Source: Bacteroidia bacterium
GTDB lineage: Bacteria; Bacteroidota; Bacteroidia; SXHM01
Assembly (NCBI GenBank): GCA_022072225.1
Contig: JAJVIC010000006.1
Span: 73,785-137,784, forward strand
DNA: 64,000 bases
Direction: 5' to 3'
A model generated the notes under the pieces. The model worked only from the letters and a program-made list of their open reading frames with translations, was not told the DNA's origin and ran no database searches. The position numbers and the translations under genes are program-made. Of the stretch, positions 38,269-49,041 are shown in pieces (position 1 is the stretch's first letter; every line of letters starts with the position of its first letter).

Positions 38269-38481
38269 TTAAAGTTCCTCACACTTAAACCCTGCCTTCT
38301 GCAATGCTTCAATGACTTGAAAGGGTGTAAACCCGGAACCTACAACTCGCAGAGTAAAATTCTCATCCTTAAAATCAATATCCCAATTAAATATTTTTTC
38401 TTGAAACTCTTTAAAACAATTTTCTACTTTCTGTTTATCAGTTACCTTCGTTATATTAGTTTTAAAAAGTAGAATTTTCAT
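38269..38481 (-). CDS. Small HMA-like/ferredoxin-fold protein
   Basis: FKTNI...WDID..D..LRV...GFKCEEL pattern. Confidence 0.55.
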   Translation of the reverse strand: MKILLFKTNITKVTDKQKVENCFKEFQEKIFNWDIDFKDENFTLRVVGSGFTPFQVIEALQKAGFKCEEL

Positions 38482-38533
38482 TACTACAAATGAAAGACAA
38501 TTTCATTATAGAACGCAATACTATGATAAGGTA

Positions 38534-40327
38534 TTATGCTGGTATAGCTACTGCATTCTTTTTCCAGATTACATCAATCTCGCCAATAAGAAAATTTGTT
38601 CTTGCTTCAATTTTATGCTCATCCCAAACGATATCGCCCTCATCAAAGGGTTTCACTAAATCAAGTTTCGTAATTATTAATTCAGCATAGTCTTTTATTC
38701 CTTTTTTTCTGCCTTCTCCTACCATTTTGACTTCATACTTATAATTTTTAAGTGCAGAATTTAAATTTGTCGTTAGCAGAGTCATGTTTCCAATCCAATA
38801 GATTTTTGCCCAGCGGTCTTCAGCCGACTCTTTTTCTGACATAAGAGAACCATCAGGCTTGGTTTTTACCGGTAATGTGCCCCAATGCTCAGTCCAACTC
38901 TGTGGCATAATGTGCTCTAACGAATAGCAGTATTTTAAAGCCGTAGTATCATTCTTTTTATCATTATGTCTTCTATGAAGCTCGACCCAAAATAATAAAA
39001 GTGCTGCGTGACGATTCGAAATATACTTTAGCTGATTGTAAAAATCAGCATCATTACTTTCGGCTAAACGTGCATAAAGAGCGTTGGGATTTGTAATAAA
39101 CTCTTTACAAAATTTATTAAAAGCTTTTACTTCGTGTTTTGAAATAACGCGTCTTACTACAAAACTTTCAATGGCGGAAAACACTTTCTCTAATTGGGCT
39201 TCATCGTCACGCAAGCTTTTAAACAGATGTAATATCAATGGATGAAACGTTGAAATTTCAAAGCAATCCAAAATATGGAATAGTCGCTTCTGATATTCAT
39301 CAAAAGAGAACATTGTTTGATTGGTAAATATTAAAAATTTCTTCTTGTAAATGTCTGCGTATTCGGTAATATCCTCAATAAATTTCTTAATCTGATCAAA
39401 CGTTGTAAAATTTGCAATGTGCTCTTTATACAGCCAAGATAAATCTGACAGTGTATGCTCGTCAGGGTCGTAAATTCCTTTGATAACAGCTACCGAGTGA
39501 AGTAGGAGTTCAATATTATCTCTTCGCAAGCGTCCAGTTGAGCGTTGTGTTTCCCAAAAAGTAACATTCTCTTTTTCCCCGGTAATAATTTTATTCCAGG
39601 TCGCACTATATAATTTGATAGCTTCTTTTTGACCCTTCAGTTGGATTACCTTTTGAAAAAGAGCATTTTTTATAATATCAGCGGCACTCAAATGAACTCC
39701 TGCGCTGTTAATGGTATCGAATATAGCTTGCTCCTCGTCTTTCGCCCCTAAATCAATGACAACTAGAATTTCATTTTCGCTTTTTGTGAGCCAATTAAAA
39801 AGCGCCATATTTTCTTTCGAATCTTTTTTCTCAAGTTCATTTAAAAAATATTGATAGCATTGCATAACTCTGCTATCACTATCATTGGGAATTACCAATG
39901 GTGAACTATCTATTCCTGCTCGTATAACGGATTCATATACCTGTGCATCCAAATGCGAATGTTGAATCTTAATAAGATAATTTTCATCCGTTTCATCTAT
40001 TTTATAAAACAGACAATTTCTCATTGAGTTTTCTACATTTTTCTTAGTCGCATCCGGTAATGAATCGTATAAAGCTTTGAGTAGAATACTTAATGTGGTT
40101 AAACGTTGTTGTCCATCAATAATAAGAGCTTCTTTAGGTTCACCCGTTGCAACTGTTTGCTGTTTTAAAATGATTGAGCCTAAAAAGTGATTTTTACTGG
40201 TGTTGGAAAGTTCGATAAGTAAGTCTTCCCAATTATCTTTTTTCCAAACATAAGCTCTTTGAAAAAATGGTACACGAATTAGTGCTTCCATTTTAAGAAA
40301 CGTAAAGGCTCTCGATTTTGCTTCCAT
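38534..40327 (-). CDS. GmrSD-family (DUF262 + DUF1524/HNH) modification-dependent nuclease
   Basis: VPFFQRAYVW, IIDGQQRLTT, IFDTINSAG, SLEHIMPQ, IGNMTLL. Confidence 0.9.
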   Translation of the reverse strand: MEAKSRAFTFLKMEALIRVPFFQRAYVWKKDNWEDLLIELSNTSKNHFLGSIILKQQTVATGEPKEALIIDGQQRLTTLSILLKALYDSLPDATKKNVENSMRNCLFYKIDETDENYLIKIQHSHLDAQVYESVIRAGIDSSPLVIPNDSDSRVMQCYQYFLNELEKKDSKENMALFNWLTKSENEILVVIDLGAKDEEQAIFDTINSAGVHLSAADIIKNALFQKVIQLKGQKEAIKLYSATWNKIITGEKENVTFWETQRSTGRLRRDNIELLLHSVAVIKGIYDPDEHTLSDLSWLYKEHIANFTTFDQIKKFIEDITEYADIYKKKFLIFTNQTMFSFDEYQKRLFHILDCFEISTFHPLILHLFKSLRDDEAQLEKVFSAIESFVVRRVISKHEVKAFNKFCKEFITNPNALYARLAESNDADFYNQLKYISNRHAALLLFWVELHRRHNDKKNDTTALKYCYSLEHIMPQSWTEHWGTLPVKTKPDGSLMSEKESAEDRWAKIYWIGNMTLLTTNLNSALKNYKYEVKMVGEGRKKGIKDYAELIITKLDLVKPFDEGDIVWDEHKIEARTNFLIGEIDVIWKKNAVAIPA

Positions 40328-40420
40328 CGTGTAAGTATTTGAAAGCAAATGTATTGTTTTTTAATGTTCGGTATTAAAAAGAATAAATTTGCGGTATCAT
40401 CAGCAAATAAAATGTAGAAA

Positions 40421-42451
40421 ATGGAAATATTATTCTTATGGATTAATAATTTTAATAACATCAAAGAGCAAGGATTTCAATTTGGAGGTAAGTATTTTAT
40501 TACTTATGATAAGAATAATCATGCACTTTATTTTAATAAAAATCCAAAATACATTGAAGGTTTTTTTAAAAATATTACTAATGACGCAAGTGATGGTGTT
40601 ATAAATAGCGTCTCAGCTTTAGTTGGTTCAAATGGTAGTGGGAAAAGCAGTGTAGTTCAATTTTTAGCAGGACAATTAATGGCTGGCCATATAATGGGTA
40701 GCAATAAATTACCGCTAAAAGATAACGGATTAATTGTAGTTGAAAGAGAAAATGAATTTCTCATTTATGATAACGATGAAGATGAGAAATTTATACACAA
40801 GCCTTTTAATCAAGATTCAGGTTTTACTGTTGATATTATTAAAGCTAACAAGAGAAAAACATACCCGCATGGAAATAGACTATATCATGAATTAATTGGC
40901 ATTTATTATTCTGATAGTTGGCATGATAATGTTGTTAAAACTATCGGTTCAGAGTCTGATTTAATCAACCTCTCAAGTAGTACATTATATTATAAAAGCC
41001 ACACTCCTATAGAACATGATTTAAAGAGAAAAAATAACTATACGACAGTATATTACCCTGATAAGCATATTAGTGATGATGTTAGAAGACAAATTGTTTT
41101 CATTAATGAGAAACATGAAGTAGTAAAGAAACTTGGTATAAAAATTCCATCTCACATTAATATTTTTATTCGGCAAGAATATACTATGGGTGGTGGAAGT
41201 AAAAACCCAAGAATAAAAGAGGATTCGGAAAAATTTCAAAAAACATTTCGATTAGTTTATCAAGCATATACCCCACAAAATGATATTGATTTTATTAGAT
41301 TGTTTTTCCTATCGGCATCCTTGGCTTTTTATGTTTATCCTTCCAAAAAATTTATTGAAAGGATAAACGAAAGATATAATGAATTTAATGTAGAAAATTT
41401 AGAATATGATTTTAAGCTTCTCACAGAAAAGTCTGCTACTCCGTTTGATTTAGCATATAAATTTTTATCATATCCTTTTTTTGAAATTCCAAAGGAAGCT
41501 GTAAAATTAAGAGAAGAGGATGAGCCTGTTGTTTCAGTTGATTTTAAAGTTCCAGAAACTATTTCTTACCTCAAATTCATAGATGAAAACTTCACAATAT
41601 CAAACATAAATCTACAGAAGTATAAAGAATCTATATTGGAGGATTTTCTGACAAATGGTGGCTTAAAAGAAAATCGTCAACTGAGTTTTAATCCATTTCA
41701 TTTTTATCTTAATTCTAACTATGGATATGAGTTTCTAAATAAATATCTCCATCACTTATTTAATGAAGTTGCAATAGATTATTTAGAGTTTAATCCATTA
41801 GAATTAAGTTCAGGGGAAATCGCGTTTCTGAATATTCTCTCAAGAATAAACTGTATTGGGAAAGAGGAAGTAAATAATTACAACAGATTCAAGTATATGA
41901 AATATACAGGTGCGAAAAATATTTTATTCTTTATTGATGAAGGAGAGGCACACTTTCACCCTCAGTGGCAAAAGAAATTTTTAGAACTATTGTTGAATGT
42001 ATTACCTGGGATGTTTCAAAATAAAACTATTCAACTTATTCTCACTTCGCATTCACCTTTATTTTTATCCGACCTTCCTCGTGAGAATATTAATTTTCTT
42101 AAACGCAATGAAGTTAAAGGAGTATGTGAGGTCTCAGATTTAGAAAGCAGAAAAGACACTTTAGGTGCAAATATTCACACTTTACTTGCAGATAGTTTCT
42201 TTATTCAAGGTGGACTCATTGGAGACTTTGCAAAAAATAAAATTAATGAAGTAATAGAACTATTGCAGGATGGTCCCACTGAGAAAATTTACGGTAAAAA
42301 AGAAGAGATAAAAAAAATTATACGAATGATTGGTGAACCAATTATTCGGAACAAACTGACACAACTTTTGAATGAGAGAATAGATGTAGATGAACGAATA
42401 AATGATTTACAGCGACAATTAGATAAACTGAAGAATAAGAAAAATGATTAG
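40421..42451 (+). CDS. ptuA: Septu-type ATPase PtuA
   Basis: Walker A GSNGSGKS, LSSGE, DEGEAHFHPQWQ, TSHSP; TAAATTTG -7 box at 40384-40391. Confidence 0.85.
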   Translation: MEILFLWINNFNNIKEQGFQFGGKYFITYDKNNHALYFNKNPKYIEGFFKNITNDASDGVINSVSALVGSNGSGKSSVVQFLAGQLMAGHIMGSNKLPLKDNGLIVVERENEFLIYDNDEDEKFIHKPFNQDSGFTVDIIKANKRKTYPHGNRLYHELIGIYYSDSWHDNVVKTIGSESDLINLSSSTLYYKSHTPIEHDLKRKNNYTTVYYPDKHISDDVRRQIVFINEKHEVVKKLGIKIPSHINIFIRQEYTMGGGSKNPRIKEDSEKFQKTFRLVYQAYTPQNDIDFIRLFFLSASLAFYVYPSKKFIERINERYNEFNVENLEYDFKLLTEKSATPFDLAYKFLSYPFFEIPKEAVKLREEDEPVVSVDFKVPETISYLKFIDENFTISNINLQKYKESILEDFLTNGGLKENRQLSFNPFHFYLNSNYGYEFLNKYLHHLFNEVAIDYLEFNPLELSSGEIAFLNILSRINCIGKEEVNNYNRFKYMKYTGAKNILFFIDEGEAHFHPQWQKKFLELLLNVLPGMFQNKTIQLILTSHSPLFLSDLPRENINFLKRNEVKGVCEVSDLESRKDTLGANIHTLLADSFFIQGGLIGDFAKNKINEVIELLQDGPTEKIYGKKEEIKKIIRMIGEPIIRNKLTQLLNERIDVDERINDLQRQLDKLKNKKND

Positions 42452-43418
42452 GATTAAACGAGATAACCTCAACACTTTAGCTAGGCAGCACTATAAAAAT
42501 GTTGAGTCTTTTTCTCCTAAACTTACAGAAAGGCTGGAAGAAAGGTCTAGAAAACCTGGAGTACTACAAAGTTTCTATAAGCAGCTATTTAAGGATGTAA
42601 AACTTAAAAACAGCGAATCTTTACTAATCTCAACTCCTGAAAAATTAGAAGAGAAGATAAAAGAATACACAAATACATTTGGATTTGATTTTTCAAAAAA
42701 CATACACAAGACACTTAGACGGGAATTGCAAAGGGTGTTTGATTATAGTGGTTATGCAAAAGAATATGGATATTGGCTTGCAAAAGAATTGAAAGTAAAT
42801 GTTTGCCCATATTGTAACCGGCAATACACCTTTACAGTTAGTCGTGGAAGAAATAAAATAGTTCGACCTGAATTTGATCATTTTTATAACAAAAAAACTT
42901 ACCCATATTTATCACTTTCATTTTACAATCTTATTCCATCATGTTCAATTTGTAATCGTCTTAAAGGCTTTCAAAATTTCAACATCAAAAAGAATATTCA
43001 TCCTTATTTGAGCGGCTTTAATCCTATTGCAAAGTTTAAAACTAAGTTAAACGGCATAGAAGCAATTTGGGGTGATTCGGATAAAATAGAATTATTGTTA
43101 AACACTGGAGGAAATCCATTGGTTAAAAAAAATGCTAAAACTTTCAAATTAAAAGAATTATATAATGGGTACGGAACAATAAGAAAAAACGATGTTTCCG
43201 GACACAGAGATTATGTAATTGAAATCATACAAAAAAGACTCATTTATAACAGTAGCTATATTGATGAATTATTCGAAACATATCAGGGTATATTCTTTAA
43301 AACAAGAGAAGATGCAGTAAGGTTAGTATTGTCTAATTATGTTACAGAAGATGGATTAGAAAAAAGGGTTCTTTCTAAACTTACAAAGGATATAAGCGAA
43401 GAATGGGGCCTATTATAA
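42444..43418 (+). CDS. ptuB: Septu-type HNH nuclease PtuB
   Basis: CPYCNR, EFDHF, NLIPSCSICN; close homologue of 1188-2162. Confidence 0.85.
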   Translation: MIRIKRDNLNTLARQHYKNVESFSPKLTERLEERSRKPGVLQSFYKQLFKDVKLKNSESLLISTPEKLEEKIKEYTNTFGFDFSKNIHKTLRRELQRVFDYSGYAKEYGYWLAKELKVNVCPYCNRQYTFTVSRGRNKIVRPEFDHFYNKKTYPYLSLSFYNLIPSCSICNRLKGFQNFNIKKNIHPYLSGFNPIAKFKTKLNGIEAIWGDSDKIELLLNTGGNPLVKKNAKTFKLKELYNGYGTIRKNDVSGHRDYVIEIIQKRLIYNSSYIDELFETYQGIFFKTREDAVRLVLSNYVTEDGLEKRVLSKLTKDISEEWGLL

Positions 43419-43514
43419 TTAGGCTATTAAAAGAAATATTCAATTTGGTTCCGTTTGCGAACAAATTCCCTCACAATCATTAAATAAAAGAGTATTGATA
43501 AAATAAAACGAAGT

Positions 43515-45278
43515 CTACCTACTTCCGTCATATGTATATGATAATGTTTGTAAATGTCCAGTCGTTGCATATGGTCTACCTCTCTGAGTAGTTCGACCTG
43601 TTTCAGATATTAAATAAAGATTGTTTTTTGCTCGTGAACAAATAACATATAATAGCTTTTTGGCTGTACTTTGAGCATCTTCTTCATTCCAGTTAGGTAT
43701 ATAGCCATGCAATAATCCAAATGCAATAACTGTTTGAAATTCTTCTCCTTTAATTCCGTGGCAAGTATTTACTACAACGCCTGAATTATGTGAAAATAAT
43801 CTCTTGAAACTTTTTACATCTGTAGCATAATCAAATTCACGATTTTCTAATCTCTTTTTTGCTCCTTCAAAAAATGAATCCCAATGCAATTTCAAATACT
43901 CATTTTCTTCAACCTTGATTTTTAAATTTTCACAAGCTTTTGAAAAACATTCATGAAGAAATTCCAATCCATTAACCCGATCAGATTTAATAGCATTAAG
44001 CGATTTTAAAAGGCTTCGAGTTCTTCTTTCATCATCTGGAAAAAGATGTACACCAATACCATCAAGCTCATTTAATAATTCAGCAGCCCATCTTGTTCTT
44101 GTATGATACATATTAGGAGCAGGGTCAACTAAAAATAAACGTGCAAATTTATACCACGTATTTTCTCTATTGCGTATTAGGGGTGAAAGTCCAGGCGCGT
44201 CAAAGTTCACGGATGGCAATAATTTTTTTAGCTTTCTACCCATTGGGATAATTAACCACCATTGCGGGGCTAAAACACATATTTCATGCTCAGGAACACC
44301 TTTTGCAATATTTTCTTGGATTAATGAAGCAATTGTTTCATCAAGGACATCTTTATGCACCTCTTGATTGGAAAAGCTTATTAAACCTCGCTCATCAGAA
44401 TATTTACAAAGAGATTTGATGTCAATATTTGTAGATTGAAAGTTTCGGTAGTAGTCTATTATTCGTTGATTACTTCTGTAATTACCTGACAATTCTTTCT
44501 CCCGCATTTCAATATTTCCAAATTGCGCTTTTATCTCATTTAAAGATTTTGCAACACCGCCCAGTGATACATATATTGCTTGATCTTTGTCTCCTACTAT
44601 AAATAACAGTGTTTTACCATTTTGAGCCTTAATTATTTTAGATAATATGGCGTATTGCAGTTCCTGGGTGTCTTGATATTCATCCACGCATATTAAATGG
44701 AAAATGTTATTTAAAGTTTTTGCAATTTTTGGATAATTATCAAGTAAGGCATATGCAAAATAAAGCATTTGATCAAAGTCAATAAGCTTGTGGGTTTTCA
44801 ATATACTATGGTATTCCTTAACTAAATCGATATTCGTAATTTCTGCTAATGAACCATCTGCATTTATTCGGGTTAGGATTCTTGTATACCAAGGCAGACT
44901 ATACTTCTCTTTTAAAGCCGAAATAATTTCTTCTGATCTATGTTCATCAGCGATAACAAAACCGTTTTTTAGTTCATCCAAATAACCTTTATAAGGGCGG
45001 AGTATCCAGTCTAAGCAAAAAGAGTGAATTGTGCCTGCCCAAAGTTGGGCTTTAGGCTCAACGTTCATTCTGCTTATTCTTTCCTTTATCTCATCTGCTG
45101 CACGATTAGTAAAAGTTAATGCAACAATTGTTTTTTTACTCTCTTCAATTTTTTTAAGTTCATGAGCAATTTTAAAAGTAAGTACACGAGTTTTGCCACT
45201 GCCGGGACATGCAGTAATCAAAACATGTCCCGACTCAATCACTGCTGCTTTCTGTTGTTCACTTAAACTTCTAAGCAC
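43515..45278 (-). CDS. gajB: UvrD-like helicase, Gabija GajB
   Basis: ACPGSGKT, VDEYQD, VGDKDQAIY, NYRS, HGIKGEEF, SRAK; overlaps OLD nuclease gene. Confidence 0.85.
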   Translation of the reverse strand: MLRSLSEQQKAAVIESGHVLITACPGSGKTRVLTFKIAHELKKIEESKKTIVALTFTNRAADEIKERISRMNVEPKAQLWAGTIHSFCLDWILRPYKGYLDELKNGFVIADEHRSEEIISALKEKYSLPWYTRILTRINADGSLAEITNIDLVKEYHSILKTHKLIDFDQMLYFAYALLDNYPKIAKTLNNIFHLICVDEYQDTQELQYAILSKIIKAQNGKTLLFIVGDKDQAIYVSLGGVAKSLNEIKAQFGNIEMREKELSGNYRSNQRIIDYYRNFQSTNIDIKSLCKYSDERGLISFSNQEVHKDVLDETIASLIQENIAKGVPEHEICVLAPQWWLIIPMGRKLKKLLPSVNFDAPGLSPLIRNRENTWYKFARLFLVDPAPNMYHTRTRWAAELLNELDGIGVHLFPDDERRTRSLLKSLNAIKSDRVNGLEFLHECFSKACENLKIKVEENEYLKLHWDSFFEGAKKRLENREFDYATDVKSFKRLFSHNSGVVVNTCHGIKGEEFQTVIAFGLLHGYIPNWNEEDAQSTAKKLLYVICSRAKNNLYLISETGRTTQRGRPYATTGHLQTLSYTYDGSR

Positions 45279-47409
45279 TTGCCAATACTTTTTTTATTAC
45301 ATCCGTGACAATATCAGAATCCATTTTTTTGCAATAAAAATCCAATGCGCTATTAGTATCATTGATTTTATTAAACTCATCAAATAATACCTTGTAATCT
45401 GTCTTATCTCCGGTAAATGATAAAGTAGAGAATGCTTTTAATCTATATTTTGCCATTGAAACTAATGTTCCTTTACTTAAATGAGGAGCGGCAAAAATTA
45501 AGGCTTTTGTGATGTGAGTTGGGATTGAAGTTAAATGAGTTACTTGCTCGGCTATCATGAGTGCAAACCATCCTTTACCAAATTTTTTTGCTAATCGCAG
45601 AATTTCCTTGCCAGATACTGAAACATCCTTATCCTCAAGTAAAGCTTTTGAGGTATCAATGTCAGCTTTACGAGAATATTCTTTATTTACTACCTGAACA
45701 ATTTCATGCGAGTTATTCGCCAATAAAAAATCAACCTCAAATGTATATTTACCATAAAAAGCTTTAATCCATCCATTATCCTTACAAAACTCCTTTAAAT
45801 TTTCTTTTCTTTCCAATCCTGCCTTCTGAGAATTCCGACAATCTTTTTGATATCGATTATCGTCAGCAGGATTATCTGGCAATGTGACAATTGAGGAATC
45901 AAGGTCTGTAATTATTGCACAGTATTTGTTTATTCTATCATCATGAAAAATTCTGGCGATGTTTTCAAATCCGGTGCTTCCAATATTAATAAGACTAATA
46001 CCAATTTCATCCAGTGTTACACCTAATACCTTCTTAACTAGTTCGGGTATTATTATTTGTTCTGCATCTCCTTCAACTAATAATACACCTTTAGCGAACA
46101 ATAAGTTAGTTCTTACTGCATCGAGATACCTTTCTAATCTGACAATTTCCGGTTTTGACAATCCATTAGATGGACTAAATACTATTGCTTCTTTTTTGGC
46201 TCTGCTTAATATGTTTACTGAACTTATTTGACTTACAGAGGAAATGTGAGTCGAATGAGTTGATATTATTACTTGGGTATTATGATTATCTAATTTTTGA
46301 AAGAGTGTCTTCTGAATGTGTGTATGAATATGCGCCTCTGGTTCTTCAATCAAAATGAAATTTGCTATCTTATTAAAAGCCTTTATTCGCTCATATTCCA
46401 ATAATTTAAGCGAAATGTATATCAGGTTAGCGCCTCCTAAGCTAAGTTCCCATATCTTACCTTGGTAATCCGGCTCATCGGGGTCACCTACAAGTAGTTT
46501 AAGTGATTGTAAAAGTTTATCTATTTCTGAAGGTAATTCACTTTGTATTTTAATGCCGGGCGCATAGGTTTCTCCGACTGATTCTTTAATAGTATTTGTT
46601 ATACCATCTGAAACTTTTTTTACTTCATCTAAGGACGATAAATCATCATTCAAAGTTTTTACTTTGGTTTCTATATCTGTTTTCTTTGCTTCGGGTATAT
46701 CATTCTCCTTACCACGAAGCAAATTCAAAAGAGGGTTATCTCTGAATGATCTTAAATCTGCTTCAACGTCTCTTAAAGCTTTTGCGAATGTGCAAGAAAC
46801 TTCATTTGGAATTGCGAGACCATGTAATTTGATTCCGTAGACATCTGATTGTTCATCATCAGGATTCGGAAAAATAATCTCCTCAAAATCGCCCACGTAC
46901 TTTTTATATGCTTCATCATCAGAAAAATTAACATTCCCTTTACCTTTATACACTACTTCGTAGTCATTAATAGAAAATGTTTTTAAAATGTCGGCTAATC
47001 CCTCATCGCTTTTTTTAGCGCTTATTGAATATTCATATAGTTGTCTTCTTTGCGGTTCACGCGGCCTAAAGTACAGAGCATATGAGCCCGTATTGGTATC
47101 TAAATCATCAGCATTTCCAACCTTGTGCATTGCAATTGCCTGTGCTTCTTCATTAGGGTCTAAATCTCCAAAAAGAACTTGAATAATAATCCAATGTCCT
47201 TGCCAGTTTCCCAAGGTTCTGTTAAAATCATTTTCAAAAAAACGAGCTCCTCGAGGTAATGATTCGTCAATTAACAATCGCAAGGCATGAAAAAGGTTTG
47301 TTTTACCGGCACCATTCTCGCCTATTATAGTGTTAACCCCTTTATTGAAATTTAGTCTAACACTCCTAAAAGTCCTAAAATTCCGAATTGATAAATTAGA
47401 TATATACAT
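45271..47409 (-). CDS. gajA: OLD-family ABC ATPase-TOPRIM nuclease, Gabija GajA
   Basis: GENGAGKT, IEEPEAHIH, STHS, TOPRIM LVEGDAE and ITDLD, TFEVD. Confidence 0.88.
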   Translation of the reverse strand: MYISNLSIRNFRTFRSVRLNFNKGVNTIIGENGAGKTNLFHALRLLIDESLPRGARFFENDFNRTLGNWQGHWIIIQVLFGDLDPNEEAQAIAMHKVGNADDLDTNTGSYALYFRPREPQRRQLYEYSISAKKSDEGLADILKTFSINDYEVVYKGKGNVNFSDDEAYKKYVGDFEEIIFPNPDDEQSDVYGIKLHGLAIPNEVSCTFAKALRDVEADLRSFRDNPLLNLLRGKENDIPEAKKTDIETKVKTLNDDLSSLDEVKKVSDGITNTIKESVGETYAPGIKIQSELPSEIDKLLQSLKLLVGDPDEPDYQGKIWELSLGGANLIYISLKLLEYERIKAFNKIANFILIEEPEAHIHTHIQKTLFQKLDNHNTQVIISTHSTHISSVSQISSVNILSRAKKEAIVFSPSNGLSKPEIVRLERYLDAVRTNLLFAKGVLLVEGDAEQIIIPELVKKVLGVTLDEIGISLINIGSTGFENIARIFHDDRINKYCAIITDLDSSIVTLPDNPADDNRYQKDCRNSQKAGLERKENLKEFCKDNGWIKAFYGKYTFEVDFLLANNSHEIVQVVNKEYSRKADIDTSKALLEDKDVSVSGKEILRLAKKFGKGWFALMIAEQVTHLTSIPTHITKALIFAAPHLSKGTLVSMAKYRLKAFSTLSFTGDKTDYKVLFDEFNKINDTNSALDFYCKKMDSDIVTDVIKKVLASA

Positions 47410-47411
47410 GC

Positions 47412-47624
47412 TTATGTATTAGGAGTATTTTTTGTTTCCATCTGCTTGATAATATTGTTTACCTCCTGTTCTGTAGAACGTAGCTTTGACTGACAAAATG
47501 TTATGAGTTCAGAAGCTCGTTTAACTTTTTCTGCAAGAACATCAACTGACACAGATTCTGATTCAATTTCAGAAGCAATTTTTTTTAATTCCGCATATGC
47601 TGCTTCATAGGTTATATTCTCCAT
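47412..47624 (-). CDS. xseB: Exodeoxyribonuclease VII small subunit
   Basis: ITYEAAYAELKKIASEIE...VDVLAEKVKRASELITFCQSKL. Confidence 0.9.
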   Translation of the reverse strand: MENITYEAAYAELKKIASEIESESVSVDVLAEKVKRASELITFCQSKLRSTEQEVNNIIKQMETKNTPNT

Positions 47625-49041
47625 CTTTTTTTGTTTTTGATATTACTTTAGTATTAACGTCATATTTTTCCATAGTAATCACTAAATCATTTCCTGGATT
47701 AATTGCATCTGCACTTTTAAGTATTTTTCCGTTATGGGATACAATAGCAAATCCTTTTTTTAGAATATTTTTTGGACTCATTAATTTTACAATCGAAACA
47801 TAATGTCCAATGTAACCTCTTTGATTAATATAATATTTGCTTGAGAATATTTTAAGGTTGCTAATTAAATTATTAAGGTCAGAAGTCTTATTAGCTGTCA
47901 GAATTTGAGGTTTTGAAAGCAACTGATTCAATAAAGAAATTAAGTTTGTTTGTCTATTGTATAAAATAGTTTTTGTTTTATTGATGATTACTTGATTAAA
48001 ATTTGTAAGCTGATCTTTGTAATGACTGATGAAGGTTCTTGATTTATTAAGTATTATCAGATTGCAGGCGTTAAGCTTTTGTTGCGAATTACTCAATAAT
48101 TGCTGTGATTTTATTACAACAGCTTTTTGTAATAACAAAACTGAGTCTTCAAAGTCGTGATTATGTGAGATAATAAACTCTGCAGCTTTAGTGGGAGTTT
48201 TTGTACTTACACTAACCATTAAATCTACTATACTCACATCCTTATGATGACCAATACCCGTAATAATAGGTATTGGAAATTTCGCAACTGCTCTTGATAA
48301 ATTGTATGTATCAAAAACAAGAAAATCAGTTTTTGCACCACCTCCACGAATAATTACAACACACTCGTATTTTTTATTTGAGTTATAGATAGCAATAAGT
48401 TTATTAATAAGTTCTTTTTCCGCTTCTGCACCTTGAACCGAAGATTGATAAATATCTATTGAAAATTTATATCCAAACTTATTGTTACTGATAGTATGTG
48501 TGAAATCTGTATAACCTTCGGAATTAGGAGAACCAATAATTGCAATATTTTGAATAACTGTATTTAATTTAAGTTTTTTATTTGCTGTTATATATTCTTC
48601 ACCAACTTTATGTATAAAGGAAGGATTTTCTGCAACTAACTTTAGCAGTGTTTCTCGTCTTTGTTTCTCTATATTTCCCAAAGTAAACGATTGATCAATA
48701 TCATGTAGTACAAGAGAAAATCCGTACGCAGTATGAAACTCAACCTTTACTTTGACTAAAACCTGCAATCCATTTGTAAATTTTTGTGCAGTTGCATTTT
48801 CAAATAGCTTTATATTTTGTGAACCAGCAAACCAAGATACACCCCTTACTTTCGCTATCGGGTCATTTGATCCATCGACTTTTTCAATAAATTCAAAGTA
48901 GTGTCTATCTTGATTAGGATAAAATTTGTGACTCGATATCTCCGCAATAATCCAATAAAAATCTGAACCAAACGATTGTTTGATTACATCCTCTACCTTT
49001 CGGGTAAGGTCTGACAGCTTAATATATTTGATTTCTTCCAG
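47605..49041 (-). CDS. xseA: Exodeoxyribonuclease VII large subunit (probable CTG start)
   Basis: OB-fold N-terminus KLSDLT...WIIAEIS...HYFEFIE, IIRGGG, PIITGIGH, TPTKAAE, ILKKGFAIV; in frame up to CTG at 49041. Confidence 0.9.
   Translation of the reverse strand: MEEIKYIKLSDLTRKVEDVIKQSFGSDFYWIIAEISSHKFYPNQDRHYFEFIEKVDGSNDPIAKVRGVSWFAGSQNIKLFENATAQKFTNGLQVLVKVKVEFHTAYGFSLVLHDIDQSFTLGNIEKQRRETLLKLVAENPSFIHKVGEEYITANKKLKLNTVIQNIAIIGSPNSEGYTDFTHTISNNKFGYKFSIDIYQSSVQGAEAEKELINKLIAIYNSNKKYECVVIIRGGGAKTDFLVFDTYNLSRAVAKFPIPIITGIGHHKDVSIVDLMVSVSTKTPTKAAEFIISHNHDFEDSVLLLQKAVVIKSQQLLSNSQQKLNACNLIILNKSRTFISHYKDQLTNFNQVIINKTKTILYNRQTNLISLLNQLLSKPQILTANKTSDLNNLISNLKIFSSKYYINQRGYIGHYVSIVKLMSPKNILKKGFAIVSHNGKILKSADAINPGNDLVITMEKYDVNTKVISKTKKDGEYNL

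Noticed and set aside
26869..49041. Retron (PtuAB + structured RNA + ExoVII)
   Set aside because: No reverse transcriptase (YADD-type motif) in the window, and the structured region is over 13 kb from ptuA. An RT acting in trans cannot be excluded.
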